Part shown: positions 1-7,730 of the stretch, in pieces
Layout: every line of letters begins with the position of its first letter
How positions within the stretch are numbered: the stretch's first letter is position 1
Virus record (IMG/VR): IMGVR_UViG_3300045988_097997
Source of the DNA: a virus
Direction: 5' to 3' (one strand)
Length of the DNA stretch: 48,550 bases
The notes under the pieces: generated by a model
Seen by the model: only the letters and a program-made list of their open reading frames with translations
Told to the model about the DNA's origin: nothing
Database searches by the model: none
Program-made: the position numbers and the translations under genes

Positions 1-99
1 CTGAACAATGGAGGCCCATCCCCGGCTACGGGGACTGGTATGAGCTGTCCAGGCATGGAGAGATCCGTTCCTGGTGTGTTACTGGCCCTAGAAAAAAGC
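1..99. repeat. Terminal direct repeat, copy 1 (identical to 48452..48550)
   Basis: A base-by-base comparison shows the first 99 nt equal the last 99 nt. This is consistent with a circular molecule linearised with an assembly overlap. Confidence 0.97.
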
Positions 100-512
100 G
101 CCGGGACGAGCCTCTGATCCTGCGGCCATTTATGGCCCTGCACAAACGGACGCCAGAGCTGCAAATCACGCTCATGCGCAAGACGTATAGCGTAAAAATC
201 TTAATGCGAGACATTTGGATGGCCGGGCCGAAGCCTGGTATGCGAGTAACTTTCATCGATGGGGACCGCACAAACTGTGCTTTACACAATCTGCGATATA
301 GCCCTGTCGAAGAGGTCCGCACAAACCCACAGAACAGATGCCCCATTGCGAAATGCAAGCCGTGGGGGACTGTGATCGCCTATTACCGCAGCATGGCCGA
401 GGCTGCCGAGAAAAACCACATCTCCCGCAGTGGGATGCAGAAACGAATAAACAACGAAACCCTGGCCGATGGTGTGATCTTCCGCCGGGCCAGCGAATTG
501 GAGGGTAAATGA
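3..512 (+). CDS. HNH homing-endonuclease-like protein, 3' part. The ORF starts at ATG 48442 and crosses the circular junction (173 aa in total).
   Basis: The frame is open from the window edge. It encodes EQWRPIPGYGDWYELSRHGEIRSW (NUMOD4-like), FIDGDRTNCALHNLRY (HNH-like) and a C-terminal HTH-like segment YRSMAEAAEKNHISRSGMQKRI. It joins 48442..48550 in frame through the 99-nt overlap. Confidence 0.8.
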   Translation, partial: EQWRPIPGYGDWYELSRHGEIRSWCVTGPRKKRRDEPLILRPFMALHKRTPELQITLMRKTYSVKILMRDIWMAGPKPGMRVTFIDGDRTNCALHNLRYSPVEEVRTNPQNRCPIAKCKPWGTVIAYYRSMAEAAEKNHISRSGMQKRINNETLADGVIFRRASELEGK

Positions 513-997
513 TGAAAGATCGTGTACATAAGATGCTGGAAGCCCTGAACGCTTGCTCTGGCCGTTCCTGTGGCCTCTGCCCCTACACCAGCCCCCGAAC
601 AAGCGCCTGCGAAAGGATGCTCAAGGATGACGCGGCTGACCTGATCTCAGACCTGTGGGGCATCATCTCCCAGCCCGTACAGAACGCACCGCAGGCGTCG
701 CAGCTTGAAACTAGGGCCTCCATCCTGGAAGGTGCCCGCAAGTGCGTCTGCGGCGAGCGAGAGGGGCAGTACGGGACCCCAGAGGACAGCTTTTCTGCCA
801 TCGCCAGGCTCTGGTCGGCCTACTGCCAGGATAGGGATTTTTCCGGCGACGACGTGGCCTGCATGATGGCCCTTCTGAAAATCGCCCGAATCATCTACAA
901 CCCTGAGCACATGGACTCGTGGGTCGATGGCTGCGGCTATCTGGCCTGCGGCGCTGAGATCGCAGCGCGGCGGGCCAGCAGAAGGGATGGCGTGTAA
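509..997 (+). CDS. Phage protein with a Cys-rich N-terminus and a DUF6378-like C-terminal domain
   Basis: ATGA start/stop overlap with the HNH gene. The C-terminal segment GEREGQYGTPEDSFSAIARLWSAY...DVACMMALLKIARI resembles the conserved phage DUF6378 pattern. Confidence 0.5.
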   Translation: MMKDRVHKMLEALNACSGRSCGLCPYTSPRTSACERMLKDDAADLISDLWGIISQPVQNAPQASQLETRASILEGARKCVCGEREGQYGTPEDSFSAIARLWSAYCQDRDFSGDDVACMMALLKIARIIYNPEHMDSWVDGCGYLACGAEIAARRASRRDGV

Positions 998-1150
998 ATG
1001 AACAAGTTTATGAGCAGAAAGGCAATATTTATCGGGGTGACGTTTTTCATCGACATCTTGTGGCTCTGTGGGATTGCGTCGCTTCAAACAGCGGGCATTG
1101 CATCCTTTTATGGATTGATCTACAACCTCATGGAGGAACGAGATGACTAA
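998..1150 (+). CDS. Small hydrophobic protein (50 aa, below the ORF-track cutoff)
   Basis: The ATG directly abuts the upstream stop and the ORF overlaps the next start. It has one clear hydrophobic helix (AIFIGVTFFIDILWLCGIASL). Confidence 0.35.
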   Translation: MNKFMSRKAIFIGVTFFIDILWLCGIASLQTAGIASFYGLIYNLMEERDD

Positions 1151-1427
1151 AAAGCGATATATCAAGCTGCTCATGGCCCAGGGCCATAGTAGGAACTACG
1201 CGAACGAGTGTGCGCAGGAGGTGGCCGATGCAGGCGGCAGATGCAGCTATGAGGAAGCCTACACCCTTTCCTATGCCCTGGATCGCACGAACTGGATTTC
1301 TGCCGCACACCAGCTGGGCGAGGTGATTGAAAGCTTCACGGCCAGTATGATTAAGGTCGTAAATGCGGTAGCGGCTGGAATCGCAGCGTTTGGCAAAGAG
1401 TTCCGGGATGCCTACGAAAATGGATAA
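1143..1427 (+). CDS. Hypothetical protein
   Basis: 94-aa ORF, the last gene of the wrap-around + strand operon, followed by a strong terminator. Confidence 0.6.
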   Translation: MTKKRYIKLLMAQGHSRNYANECAQEVADAGGRCSYEEAYTLSYALDRTNWISAAHQLGEVIESFTASMIKVVNAVAAGIAAFGKEFRDAYENG

Positions 1428-1443
1428 ATACTGACGAATTGAA

Positions 1444-1471
1444 AGAGCCACCTCAATGGTGGCTCTTTTTT
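1444..1471 (+). terminator. Rho-independent terminator
   Basis: AGAGCCACC-tcaat-GGTGGCTCT stem (9 bp) followed by a T6 run. Confidence 0.85.
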
Positions 1472-1596
1472 GTGTCCAGATAAATAAATTTATATCTCTG
1501 TCCATTTCGGGTATACTTTTGTTGGTGATTTTGGTATAGTCTGTAAAGACAGGTTACTATACAGTCCCTTCCGTCGAATATAGACTGGAGAACATC

Positions 1597-1770
1597 ATGA
1601 AAAATGAACGAGAGGAACCTTCAAGCCTGAAAATCTACATCAACATCATTTTTGGAGATGTAACAAATTCAGCCGTGATCCAGGGCGGGCAGCGGAATAC
1701 TTCGTCGCTACAACTGCCCGAGGAGCTGGTAAAACGCCTGATGGATCACATTCGGGGGGACACCTCTTGA
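1597..1770 (+). CDS. Small ORF (57 aa) adjacent to the candidate attP, function unknown
   Basis: GGAG lies 6 nt upstream of the ATG. The segment [17 protein letters not shown] resembles the S/N/G-rich tail of the repressor at 4768..5160. Confidence 0.3.
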   Translation: MKNEREEPSSLKIYINIIFGDVTNSAVIQGGQRNTSSLQLPEELVKRLMDHIRGDTS

Positions 1771-1818
1771 TATGCATAATGATGGTTATCCTAAAGAATC
1801 GCCATCAGGATGTATATC
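1769..1818. other. Candidate attP core for the serine integrase
   Basis: Imperfect inverted repeat of GATATGCATAATGATGG and CCATCAGGATGTATATC (14 of 17 complementary) around a 16-bp centre. It sits at the 5' edge of the xth-homologous fragment and about 400 bp from the integrase gene end. Confidence 0.35.
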
Positions 1819-2179
1819 GGAAAAACGCCGAAAGCCTGTCATCGTCTGCGGGGACCTGAACGTTGCAGCAAGCGAAATTGATTTGAAGAATCCAAAAGCG
1901 AACCGCCGCAATGCTGGATTTACCGACGAAGAGAGGGGGAAGTTTCAGGAACTCCTGGCCGCTGGCTTCACTGATTCTTTCCGGTATCTCTACCCCGACA
2001 AAGAGGGGGCCTATTCCTGGTGGAGCTATCGCTTTCACGCCAGGGAGAAGAACGCCGGGTGGCGTATCGACTATTTCCTGGTCGATGATCTTGCGAAAGA
2101 TAAAATCGTAGACGCGAAAATACATAGTGACATTATGGGCAGCGACCATTGCCCGGTTGAGTTGGACATTGATCTATAA
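1772..2179 (+). pseudogene. xth: Exodeoxyribonuclease III (Xth/ExoA family), C-terminal fragment only
   Basis: [38 protein letters not shown]...[25 protein letters not shown]...[12 protein letters not shown] matches the C-terminal half of ExoIII/ExoA. The N-terminal half of the approximately 250-aa enzyme is absent. Confidence 0.8.
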
Positions 2180-2182
2180 CGT

Positions 2183-2214
2183 AAAGCCCCTGGCAGTTGC
2201 CGGGGGCTTTTTGC
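2183..2214. terminator. Bidirectional terminator between the xth fragment and the integrase
   Basis: AAAGCCCC...GGGGCTTT stem with flanking T and A runs, between two convergent ORFs. Confidence 0.7.
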
Positions 2215-3755
2215 TATTCTTTCAGGTAGACATCCAGGTGGACTTCTCCACCCTTGTTCCTACCAAAATCAACGCAGTCATATTCGATTTTTCGTATGAC
2301 AGATTTCAGCAGATCGTTCTTTGCCTTTGCAGGGACGCCAGGATCTTCAAGCGCACTCAGGGCCTCTGAGACTTTCGCTATTTTCTCCTTGTAATCAACA
2401 GGCGGGGGAAGGGTCTTTTTGACGTTTTCGATGCTGGCTTGCATGGCATCAATTCGGTCTGACAAAACGCCCTTGCGCTCCATAAATTCCTGCTTCGTAT
2501 AGATGCCTGATTCCAAAAAATCGAACAGTTTCTCTCGTTTTTGTTCGAGTTTCTGGAGTTCGGTATCCATCATGCGTAACATTTCCTCGTGTTGCTTATT
2601 TTTCTTTGCCTCTTCGTCGTTGTTCAGCTTAAATTCAAAGTCGCTGATATAGTCACGCAATGCGGCGGCCACGGCAGCCACAACGTCATCATACGGGGCC
2701 GATTTTACCTTGCACGTCAGCGACGTCCTGTGCGACATGCGGCCTTTAGTTTGTCCACCGCGATATGCAAACGTATTGTAGCTGATCCCCTTCCCGCAGT
2801 GCTTGCACACCATGAGTCTGGCGAATGGGTTTGTTATCGTCGTCTGTGCTTTTAACGGCACCTGTCCGCAAAAAAGCGTCTGTGCCTTGTCGAACATTTC
2901 CTGTGATACAATGGCCGGGTGCTTTCCGTCCACAACCATGTAATCCTCTGGTGTGAGCCTGCGCTTTCTCTTGACGGTTCTCCCGTCGCTACCTTTCTCT
3001 TTGGAGACCTTTCGCCGGTTCCATCTGACCTTTCCTGTGTACAGCGTATTTTGCAGAATGTCCTTTACTGTGGCTCGGTTCCATTCGCTTTTCCCTGTTT
3101 GCGTCGGTATGCCCATCTCGGTTAGACGATTTGCTATCTGGCCGCTGCTTAGTCTCTCATTGACAAACCAGTCAAACATCATTTTGACGTACTGAGACTG
3201 ATCGTTTAATTTCAGAGTCCGTTCTTTCTTATTTATCCGAATAATGTCATAGCCGTATGGAGGAAGGGAACCCACATAGTTGCCCTCTTTGATAGATTCT
3301 ATCAAGCCGCGCTGCATCCGACGGCGGATGGTTTTATACTCTCGGCGGCTCATAAACAGGCCGAACTCGAAGTATTCTTCATCAAATTCGTTGTTTGGGT
3401 CGTAGGTTTTCGTCGGCGTGACAATCAGGGTATTTGACATGGAAAATGCCTCCGCCACTTCGCCCTGATCTTTCGTATTCCCACGTGCCAGGCGCTCAAC
3501 TTCCATTACCAGAACCCCGGCGTAAATCCCGTCGCAAACATCATCTAAAAGTTGCTGCATCTGCGGGCGGTCTGCAATGGACTCACCGCTGACCATTTCT
3601 TCGTAGATTCTAGTGATCTTCAAGCCTTTTTTGTCTGCAAGCTCAATCAGGGCTGTCCGGTGTCGGGCCAGTGTTTCGCCCTCACCAAGGGCCTCAAGAT
3701 CAAGATCCTTGCGCGATTTCCGAAGGTAAATGGCATAGCCGTCAGGTCGTTTCAT
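2214..3755 (-). CDS. Large serine recombinase (phage integrase)
   Basis: N-terminal resolvase domain (YAIYLRKSRKD, catalytic Ser context; VLVMEVERLARG). Also a recombinase domain, a zinc-ribbon (CKHCGKG...) and a C-terminal coiled coil. 513 aa. Confidence 0.93.
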   Translation of the reverse strand: MKRPDGYAIYLRKSRKDLDLEALGEGETLARHRTALIELADKKGLKITRIYEEMVSGESIADRPQMQQLLDDVCDGIYAGVLVMEVERLARGNTKDQGEVAEAFSMSNTLIVTPTKTYDPNNEFDEEYFEFGLFMSRREYKTIRRRMQRGLIESIKEGNYVGSLPPYGYDIIRINKKERTLKLNDQSQYVKMMFDWFVNERLSSGQIANRLTEMGIPTQTGKSEWNRATVKDILQNTLYTGKVRWNRRKVSKEKGSDGRTVKRKRRLTPEDYMVVDGKHPAIVSQEMFDKAQTLFCGQVPLKAQTTITNPFARLMVCKHCGKGISYNTFAYRGGQTKGRMSHRTSLTCKVKSAPYDDVVAAVAAALRDYISDFEFKLNNDEEAKKNKQHEEMLRMMDTELQKLEQKREKLFDFLESGIYTKQEFMERKGVLSDRIDAMQASIENVKKTLPPPVDYKEKIAKVSEALSALEDPGVPAKAKNDLLKSVIRKIEYDCVDFGRNKGGEVHLDVYLKE

Positions 3756-3775
3756 AGCTGCTGCACCTCTTGGTG

Positions 3776-4354
3776 TTATTTGTTTTCTCCGCTGTCGAGG
3801 GTTGGCCTCTGTGCGATTTCCTCATCGGTGTATCCGGCATCTTTCAGGTATGCAGTTCTCGCGTCCAGGAATTGGGTCTCTGCGGTTGGGATGATCTGCA
3901 GGTTTTTCTGTGCCGATTCGAGGCTGGAATACTTTTCGTTATCAATGTAGTCACGAAGATCGTTTGCTATCATATAGACCGTGGAAATATACCCCTCTGC
4001 TGCGTCCTGGTATTCTGCTGCTGTGCCGTCAGCCATATCGACGGCCTTGACGGTGGTCAAAAGGTTGCCCACAAAATCCTTGGTTTCTCCTGCGTAGCTG
4101 TATACGTCTAATAGGTCCGTTTCTCCCGTGTCCATTGTCTGGACCTTATCCGCGAGTTTTACCTGGTACTGCTGGGCGGACCAGACCGACCGCGCAATCT
4201 CCAAGTCCTTTTCCCCGGCAGTCGTTTTGATCTCTTCCGGCGTCATGTTTGAGGTTGTATCGCTATCGCCTGAGCCGATAAGGGCTACAAGAGCGACAAA
4301 TACAACGATCAACGCGACGAGGATGATTAGTACAACTTTGAGTGTCTTTTTCAT
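3776..4354 (-). CDS. Membrane-anchored or secreted protein of the lysogeny module, function unknown
   Basis: N-terminal MKKTLKVVLIILVALIVVFVALVALIG anchor followed by an acidic helical ectodomain. It lies between the repressor genes and the integrase. Confidence 0.6.
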   Translation of the reverse strand: MKKTLKVVLIILVALIVVFVALVALIGSGDSDTTSNMTPEEIKTTAGEKDLEIARSVWSAQQYQVKLADKVQTMDTGETDLLDVYSYAGETKDFVGNLLTTVKAVDMADGTAAEYQDAAEGYISTVYMIANDLRDYIDNEKYSSLESAQKNLQIIPTAETQFLDARTAYLKDAGYTDEEIAQRPTLDSGENK

Positions 4355-4378
4355 GATGTTTTCCTCTTTTCAACAAAA

Positions 4379-4407
4379 GCCCTTGGCTATATGCCAGGGC
4401 CTTTTTT
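4379..4407. terminator. Hairpin or terminator between 4406..4741 and 3776..4354
   Basis: GCCCTTGGC-tatat-GCCAGGGC stem (one bulge) flanked by A and T runs on both strands. Confidence 0.5.
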
Positions 4408-4741
4408 ATATGCCCAACGATGGGACATTGCGGACCGTTATTTCACAATTCTTGTTTCCCCTTATCACCACACTTCCATTGATATTCCCCGATACCTGCT
4501 GGATGACGAACCGGTCCGTTTCTGTTGCTGGAACGCCTGTCACCAGCCAGCCAACCGACACGCCGAGGACTTCCGCAGCCTTGCAGATATTTTCCTCTGT
4601 CGGGGGCAGCGGCATCCGTTTATGCAGCGGTATGCTGGTATCTATTCCCATTCTGGCCGACACTTCAATCTGATTGCGCTGGAGGGCAAAAATCGCCTTT
4701 TGCGCCCGTTCGTGCATTGCAACGAGATCGTACTTATACAT
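4406..4741 (-). CDS. XRE-like HTH protein (second lysogeny regulator)
   Basis: HTH-like segment QIEVSARMGIDTSIPLHKRM...AAEVLGVSVGWLVTG, then an S/N/G-rich tail. Co-oriented with the repressor. Confidence 0.55.
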   Translation of the reverse strand: MYKYDLVAMHERAQKAIFALQRNQIEVSARMGIDTSIPLHKRMPLPPTEENICKAAEVLGVSVGWLVTGVPATETDRFVIQQVSGNINGSVVIRGNKNCEITVRNVPSLGI

Positions 4742-4767
4742 CTCTGCTGCACCTTCCCCTTCCTCTG

Positions 4768-5160
4768 TTATTTCAGCCGTTCCTCTTGCTCGTAAGCGAA
4801 ATTCAATACTGCGATTTGGCCCTTCCTGTCAAGCGAACGGAAGACGCTGATTAGTTCCGCCTCATTGCCCTGTAGCTGATCCCCGTTGCTCACGTTGATG
4901 GAACTTCCTACGCTGCCCTGGACGATGGCGGAATTCCTAACCGCGCCCGTGCTGTTGCTCATGGTGCGCTCGCCGCCGTGCAGCAGATAGTCTGTTGTTA
5001 CTCCGAAATAGTCTGCTATTTTTCGCACCGTTTCACCATACGGGACAGTCCCGTTTTTCCAGCGCCCTGGAGAAGATGGACTAATGCCGAGTTTTCGCAT
5101 AACAGCTGTTGGTCTCACGCCTGTTTCGTCGCATAACTCCTTAAATCTTGTGTAAAACAT
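4768..5160 (-). CDS. XRE-family transcriptional repressor (CI-like)
   Basis: FKELCDETGVRPTAVMRKLGISPSSPGRWKNG...IADYFGVTTDYLLHG is a typical HTH_3/XRE motif. The gene is divergent from the early rightward operon. Confidence 0.85.
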   Translation of the reverse strand: MFYTRFKELCDETGVRPTAVMRKLGISPSSPGRWKNGTVPYGETVRKIADYFGVTTDYLLHGGERTMSNSTGAVRNSAIVQGSVGSSINVSNGDQLQGNEAELISVFRSLDRKGQIAVLNFAYEQEERLK

Positions 5161-5220
5161 ATAAACAGCTCCCTATATTTTGGTAAATTACACAAAAAGA
5201 ACAAAAGGGGACAAATGCTA

Positions 5221-5249
5221 TTGCAAAAGGGACAAATACATATTATAAT
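5221..5249 (+). promoter_or_regulatory. Early rightward promoter (sigma-70-like)
   Basis: TTGCAA, then a 17-nt spacer, then TATAAT. It is embedded among G[GA]ACAAA[AT] repeats and followed by the 17-mer CACCAGAAGGAACAAAT, which is shared with 42690..42706. Confidence 0.65.
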
Positions 5250-5381
5250 AACACCAGAAGGAACAAATGAAAACAGAAATTCCGTAAAACCTATTCCTGC
5301 TGAGTTCGATGTATCGGACAAAAGCATAATAGCACAAAGCGGGACAAAACGCAAGAGAAAAGAACATAAAGGGGGAATAAA

Positions 5382-5579
5382 ATGCAATCCAAATATTACT
5401 CCTGCCAGGACGTAGCGACCATGACGGGAAAGAAGCTTAAGACCGTATGGAACTGGTGCAATAGCGGAAAGCTCCGCGCCAGCCGCCCTGGTGGTCGTGA
5501 TTATCTGATAGCCGAGGCCGATTTCCTGGAGTTCATGCAGAGCGATAACCGCCGGAAGCCTGGAAAAAAGTCAAACTGA
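5382..5579 (+). CDS. Excisionase-family/MerR-like HTH DNA-binding protein (Cro/Xis-like)
   Basis: YYSCQDVATMTGKKLKTVWNWCNSGKLRASRPGGRDYLI matches the HTH_17 pattern. It is the first gene of the early operon. Confidence 0.7.
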   Translation: MQSKYYSCQDVATMTGKKLKTVWNWCNSGKLRASRPGGRDYLIAEADFLEFMQSDNRRKPGKKSN

Positions 5580-5595
5580 GAAGGGAGGGAATACC

Positions 5596-5769
5596 ATGGG
5601 GGAGACAACGAATGTGTTCCGGCACAAAAACGTGATCGTCCGCATCCATGGGAATCAACCGAACCGTGATGTACTGGAAAAAGCCTGCATTAAATTTATG
5701 CTGGCCGTGGAGGCCGCAAAGACTGAGGCCGAATCCAAAAAGGCCGCCGGTGACGAGGGGGCCGCGTGA
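5596..5769 (+). CDS. Small hypothetical protein (57 aa)
   Basis: GGGAGGG RBS 6 nt upstream of the ATG. Tightly packed between neighbouring genes and below the ORF-track cutoff. Confidence 0.5.
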   Translation: MGETTNVFRHKNVIVRIHGNQPNRDVLEKACIKFMLAVEAAKTEAESKKAAGDEGAA

Positions 5770-5770
5770 T

Positions 5771-5971
5771 ATGGCAATGGTTTGTGTCACGCAGGGCCGC
5801 GAGTGCGACGGCTGTATGAACTGCGAGAAGGAAGCCGAGATCGTGGGTATCTGCGAGTCGTGCCGAGAGGAAATTCGAGCCGACGAGACTTACTACGACA
5901 TAGAGGGTGATCTTCTCCATGAGGACTGCCTGCTCGATTGGGCGTGGAAGTACAGGAGAGAGGCCGGATGA
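5771..5971 (+). CDS. Small Cys-rich (zinc-ribbon-like) protein
   Basis: Trimmed from the 5648..5971 ORF to the internal ATG that directly follows the upstream stop. It contains CDGCMNC...CESC cysteine pairs. Confidence 0.5.
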   Translation: MAMVCVTQGRECDGCMNCEKEAEIVGICESCREEIRADETYYDIEGDLLHEDCLLDWAWKYRREAG

Positions 5972-6639
5972 TACAACAACAAATCAACAACGAAGCCCAG
6001 TGGCATGTAGAGCGGGCCAAGGGCATCGGAGGCAGCGAGGCTGCTGCTATCATTGGCCTTTCGCCTTGGTGTTCCAACGTCGAACTGTGGCGGCGGAAAA
6101 CTGGGCGACACGTAGCCCCGGATATTTCCAATAATGCTGCTGTCCAGTACGGCCACGACGCCGAGCCGCTGATCCGGCAGCTGTTTTCCCTGGACTACGC
6201 GGACAAGTACGTCGTGGAGTATGGCGGGGCTTTTGATATGGTCCGGCATCTACAACACCCGTTCATTTTCGCCACTTTGGACGGCAGGCTGACCGAGGTC
6301 AAGACCGGGCGAAAAGGTGTCCTAGAAATCAAAACCACCAGCATCCTGCGTTCCATGCAAAAGGAAAAATGGTGGAAGGATGGAAAGCCTGCCATTCCTG
6401 ACCAGTATTACTGCCAGGTCCTTTGGCAGATGATAGCCAGCGGGTTTGATTTTGCCGTTCTCCACGCACAATTCCGGTATGAGTACGGCGACGAGCCGAG
6501 ATTCGAGCGCCGGACCTACACCATCGAGCGTTCCGAGGTGGCCGACGACCTGGCCTACCTGGAAGCCGCCGGGGTGAAGTTTTGGACCGAGAACGTCAAG
6601 GGAGATCGAGAACCTGATCTTATTCTTCCTACGATATAG
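5968..6639 (+). CDS. YqaJ-like viral recombinase exonuclease (PD-(D/E)XK)
   Basis: W...RAKGIGGSEAAAIIGLSPW.S..ELW..K, LEIKT and QYYCQVLWQM motifs. ATGA overlap with the upstream gene. Partnered with RecT. Confidence 0.85.
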   Translation: MIQQQINNEAQWHVERAKGIGGSEAAAIIGLSPWCSNVELWRRKTGRHVAPDISNNAAVQYGHDAEPLIRQLFSLDYADKYVVEYGGAFDMVRHLQHPFIFATLDGRLTEVKTGRKGVLEIKTTSILRSMQKEKWWKDGKPAIPDQYYCQVLWQMIASGFDFAVLHAQFRYEYGDEPRFERRTYTIERSEVADDLAYLEAAGVKFWTENVKGDREPDLILPTI

Positions 6640-6653
6640 AAAGCGAGGTACCC

Positions 6654-6860
6654 ATGAAAATCGAAGAGATCAACGCCGTGCTGGGCATTGACGCAGAGGC
6701 CGCAACCAGTACCAAATTGCTGGCACGGGCCGCCGAGTTCTGTGACGAGATGGCTGATTGCTATAAGCCCGGCACTCTGGAGCGTCTGGCATTTGGCTCC
6801 CTGCGGTACGCCTTGTGCCATGTGATCGGCCACAGAGAGGATGAAAACAATGCAACTTGA
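6654..6860 (+). CDS. Hypothetical protein
   Basis: 68-aa ORF in operon context with no recognisable motif. Confidence 0.45.
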   Translation: MKIEEINAVLGIDAEAATSTKLLARAAEFCDEMADCYKPGTLERLAFGSLRYALCHVIGHREDENNAT

Positions 6861-7728
6861 GATTTATTCCCCGACTCAGGCTCAACCACTGCCCCCTGTT
6901 GAATGGAATTACGACGAGCTGAAACAGTGGGTATCTGACGGCCTGGAAGCTTACCGGGGCCGCGTGTATACCGAGGACACCGTGACCGAAGCCAAGCGAG
7001 ACCGGGCGACCCTGAACAAGCTGGCCCTGGCCATTGACGACCGCCGCCGGGAGATCAAGGCCGTGTATCTGGCCCCTTATGACCAGTTCGAGAAACAGGC
7101 CAAAGAGCTGGTCGAGATGGTCAAAAACCAGAGCCGTGAGATCGACGCCCAAATCAAAACCTACGACCGGCAGCGGCGGGAAGAAAAGCTCGAAAAGATC
7201 AAAACTGAGCTGTACACCCCCATGATCGGCGATCTGGCCGAGCTGTTGCCCTATAAGAAGCTACACGACCCCAAGTGGCTGAATGTGACTGTCAGCATGG
7301 GCGCTGTCTCCGAGGCCCTGGCAGCGAAAATCGAGAGCATCCGGTCCGGCTTTGCCGCCCTGAACAAATTGGATGTTCCGCAGGATGTACTGCATCAAAT
7401 TCATGCCGAGTTTGCGAAAGATTTTGACCTAGCAGCCGCTATCGCAGCAAAAGATCGCATCATGGAAGAGAAGAAGCACATGCTAGAGTTTGCGCGTCAT
7501 CTGGAAGCTCAGAACGCTACGAGAGCCACGAAAGACGATGGCAGTATGGAACAGCACCCAACTGCTGAAAAGCCAGCAGAAGCGCGGGAGACGGCCCACG
7601 ACGATGAGCCAGTCATGCAGCTGGACTTCCGGGCGTGGGTCACGCGGTCCCAAATGCTGGCCCTGCGGGAGTTCCTGGTAAACAACGGAATCAAATTCGG
7701 CAAGGTGCCGAAAGAAAGTGAGGAATAA
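6841..7728 (+). CDS. DUF1351-like protein (RecT-associated)
   Basis: The N-terminal pattern (LPPVEWNYDELKQWV...YRG.VYTED.V.EAK.DRA.LNK) and the position just upstream of recT are typical of DUF1351. The alternative start ATG 6850 has a better RBS spacing. Confidence 0.6.
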   Translation: MKTMQLEIYSPTQAQPLPPVEWNYDELKQWVSDGLEAYRGRVYTEDTVTEAKRDRATLNKLALAIDDRRREIKAVYLAPYDQFEKQAKELVEMVKNQSREIDAQIKTYDRQRREEKLEKIKTELYTPMIGDLAELLPYKKLHDPKWLNVTVSMGAVSEALAAKIESIRSGFAALNKLDVPQDVLHQIHAEFAKDFDLAAAIAAKDRIMEEKKHMLEFARHLEAQNATRATKDDGSMEQHPTAEKPAEARETAHDDEPVMQLDFRAWVTRSQMLALREFLVNNGIKFGKVPKESEE

Positions 7729-7730
7729 CT

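Noticed and set aside
1772-2179. An intact, functional phage-encoded exonuclease III
   Set aside because: Only the C-terminal half of the fold is present. The N-terminal 20 aa or so of the ORF are unrelated. It is better explained as a target-gene replacement fragment at attP.
5648-5971. 107-aa ORF as listed in the track
   Set aside because: Its 5' third overlaps a better-supported 57-aa ORF (5596..5769, strong RBS) and reads as Pro/Arg-rich filler. It was trimmed to the internal ATG 5771, which directly follows the upstream stop.
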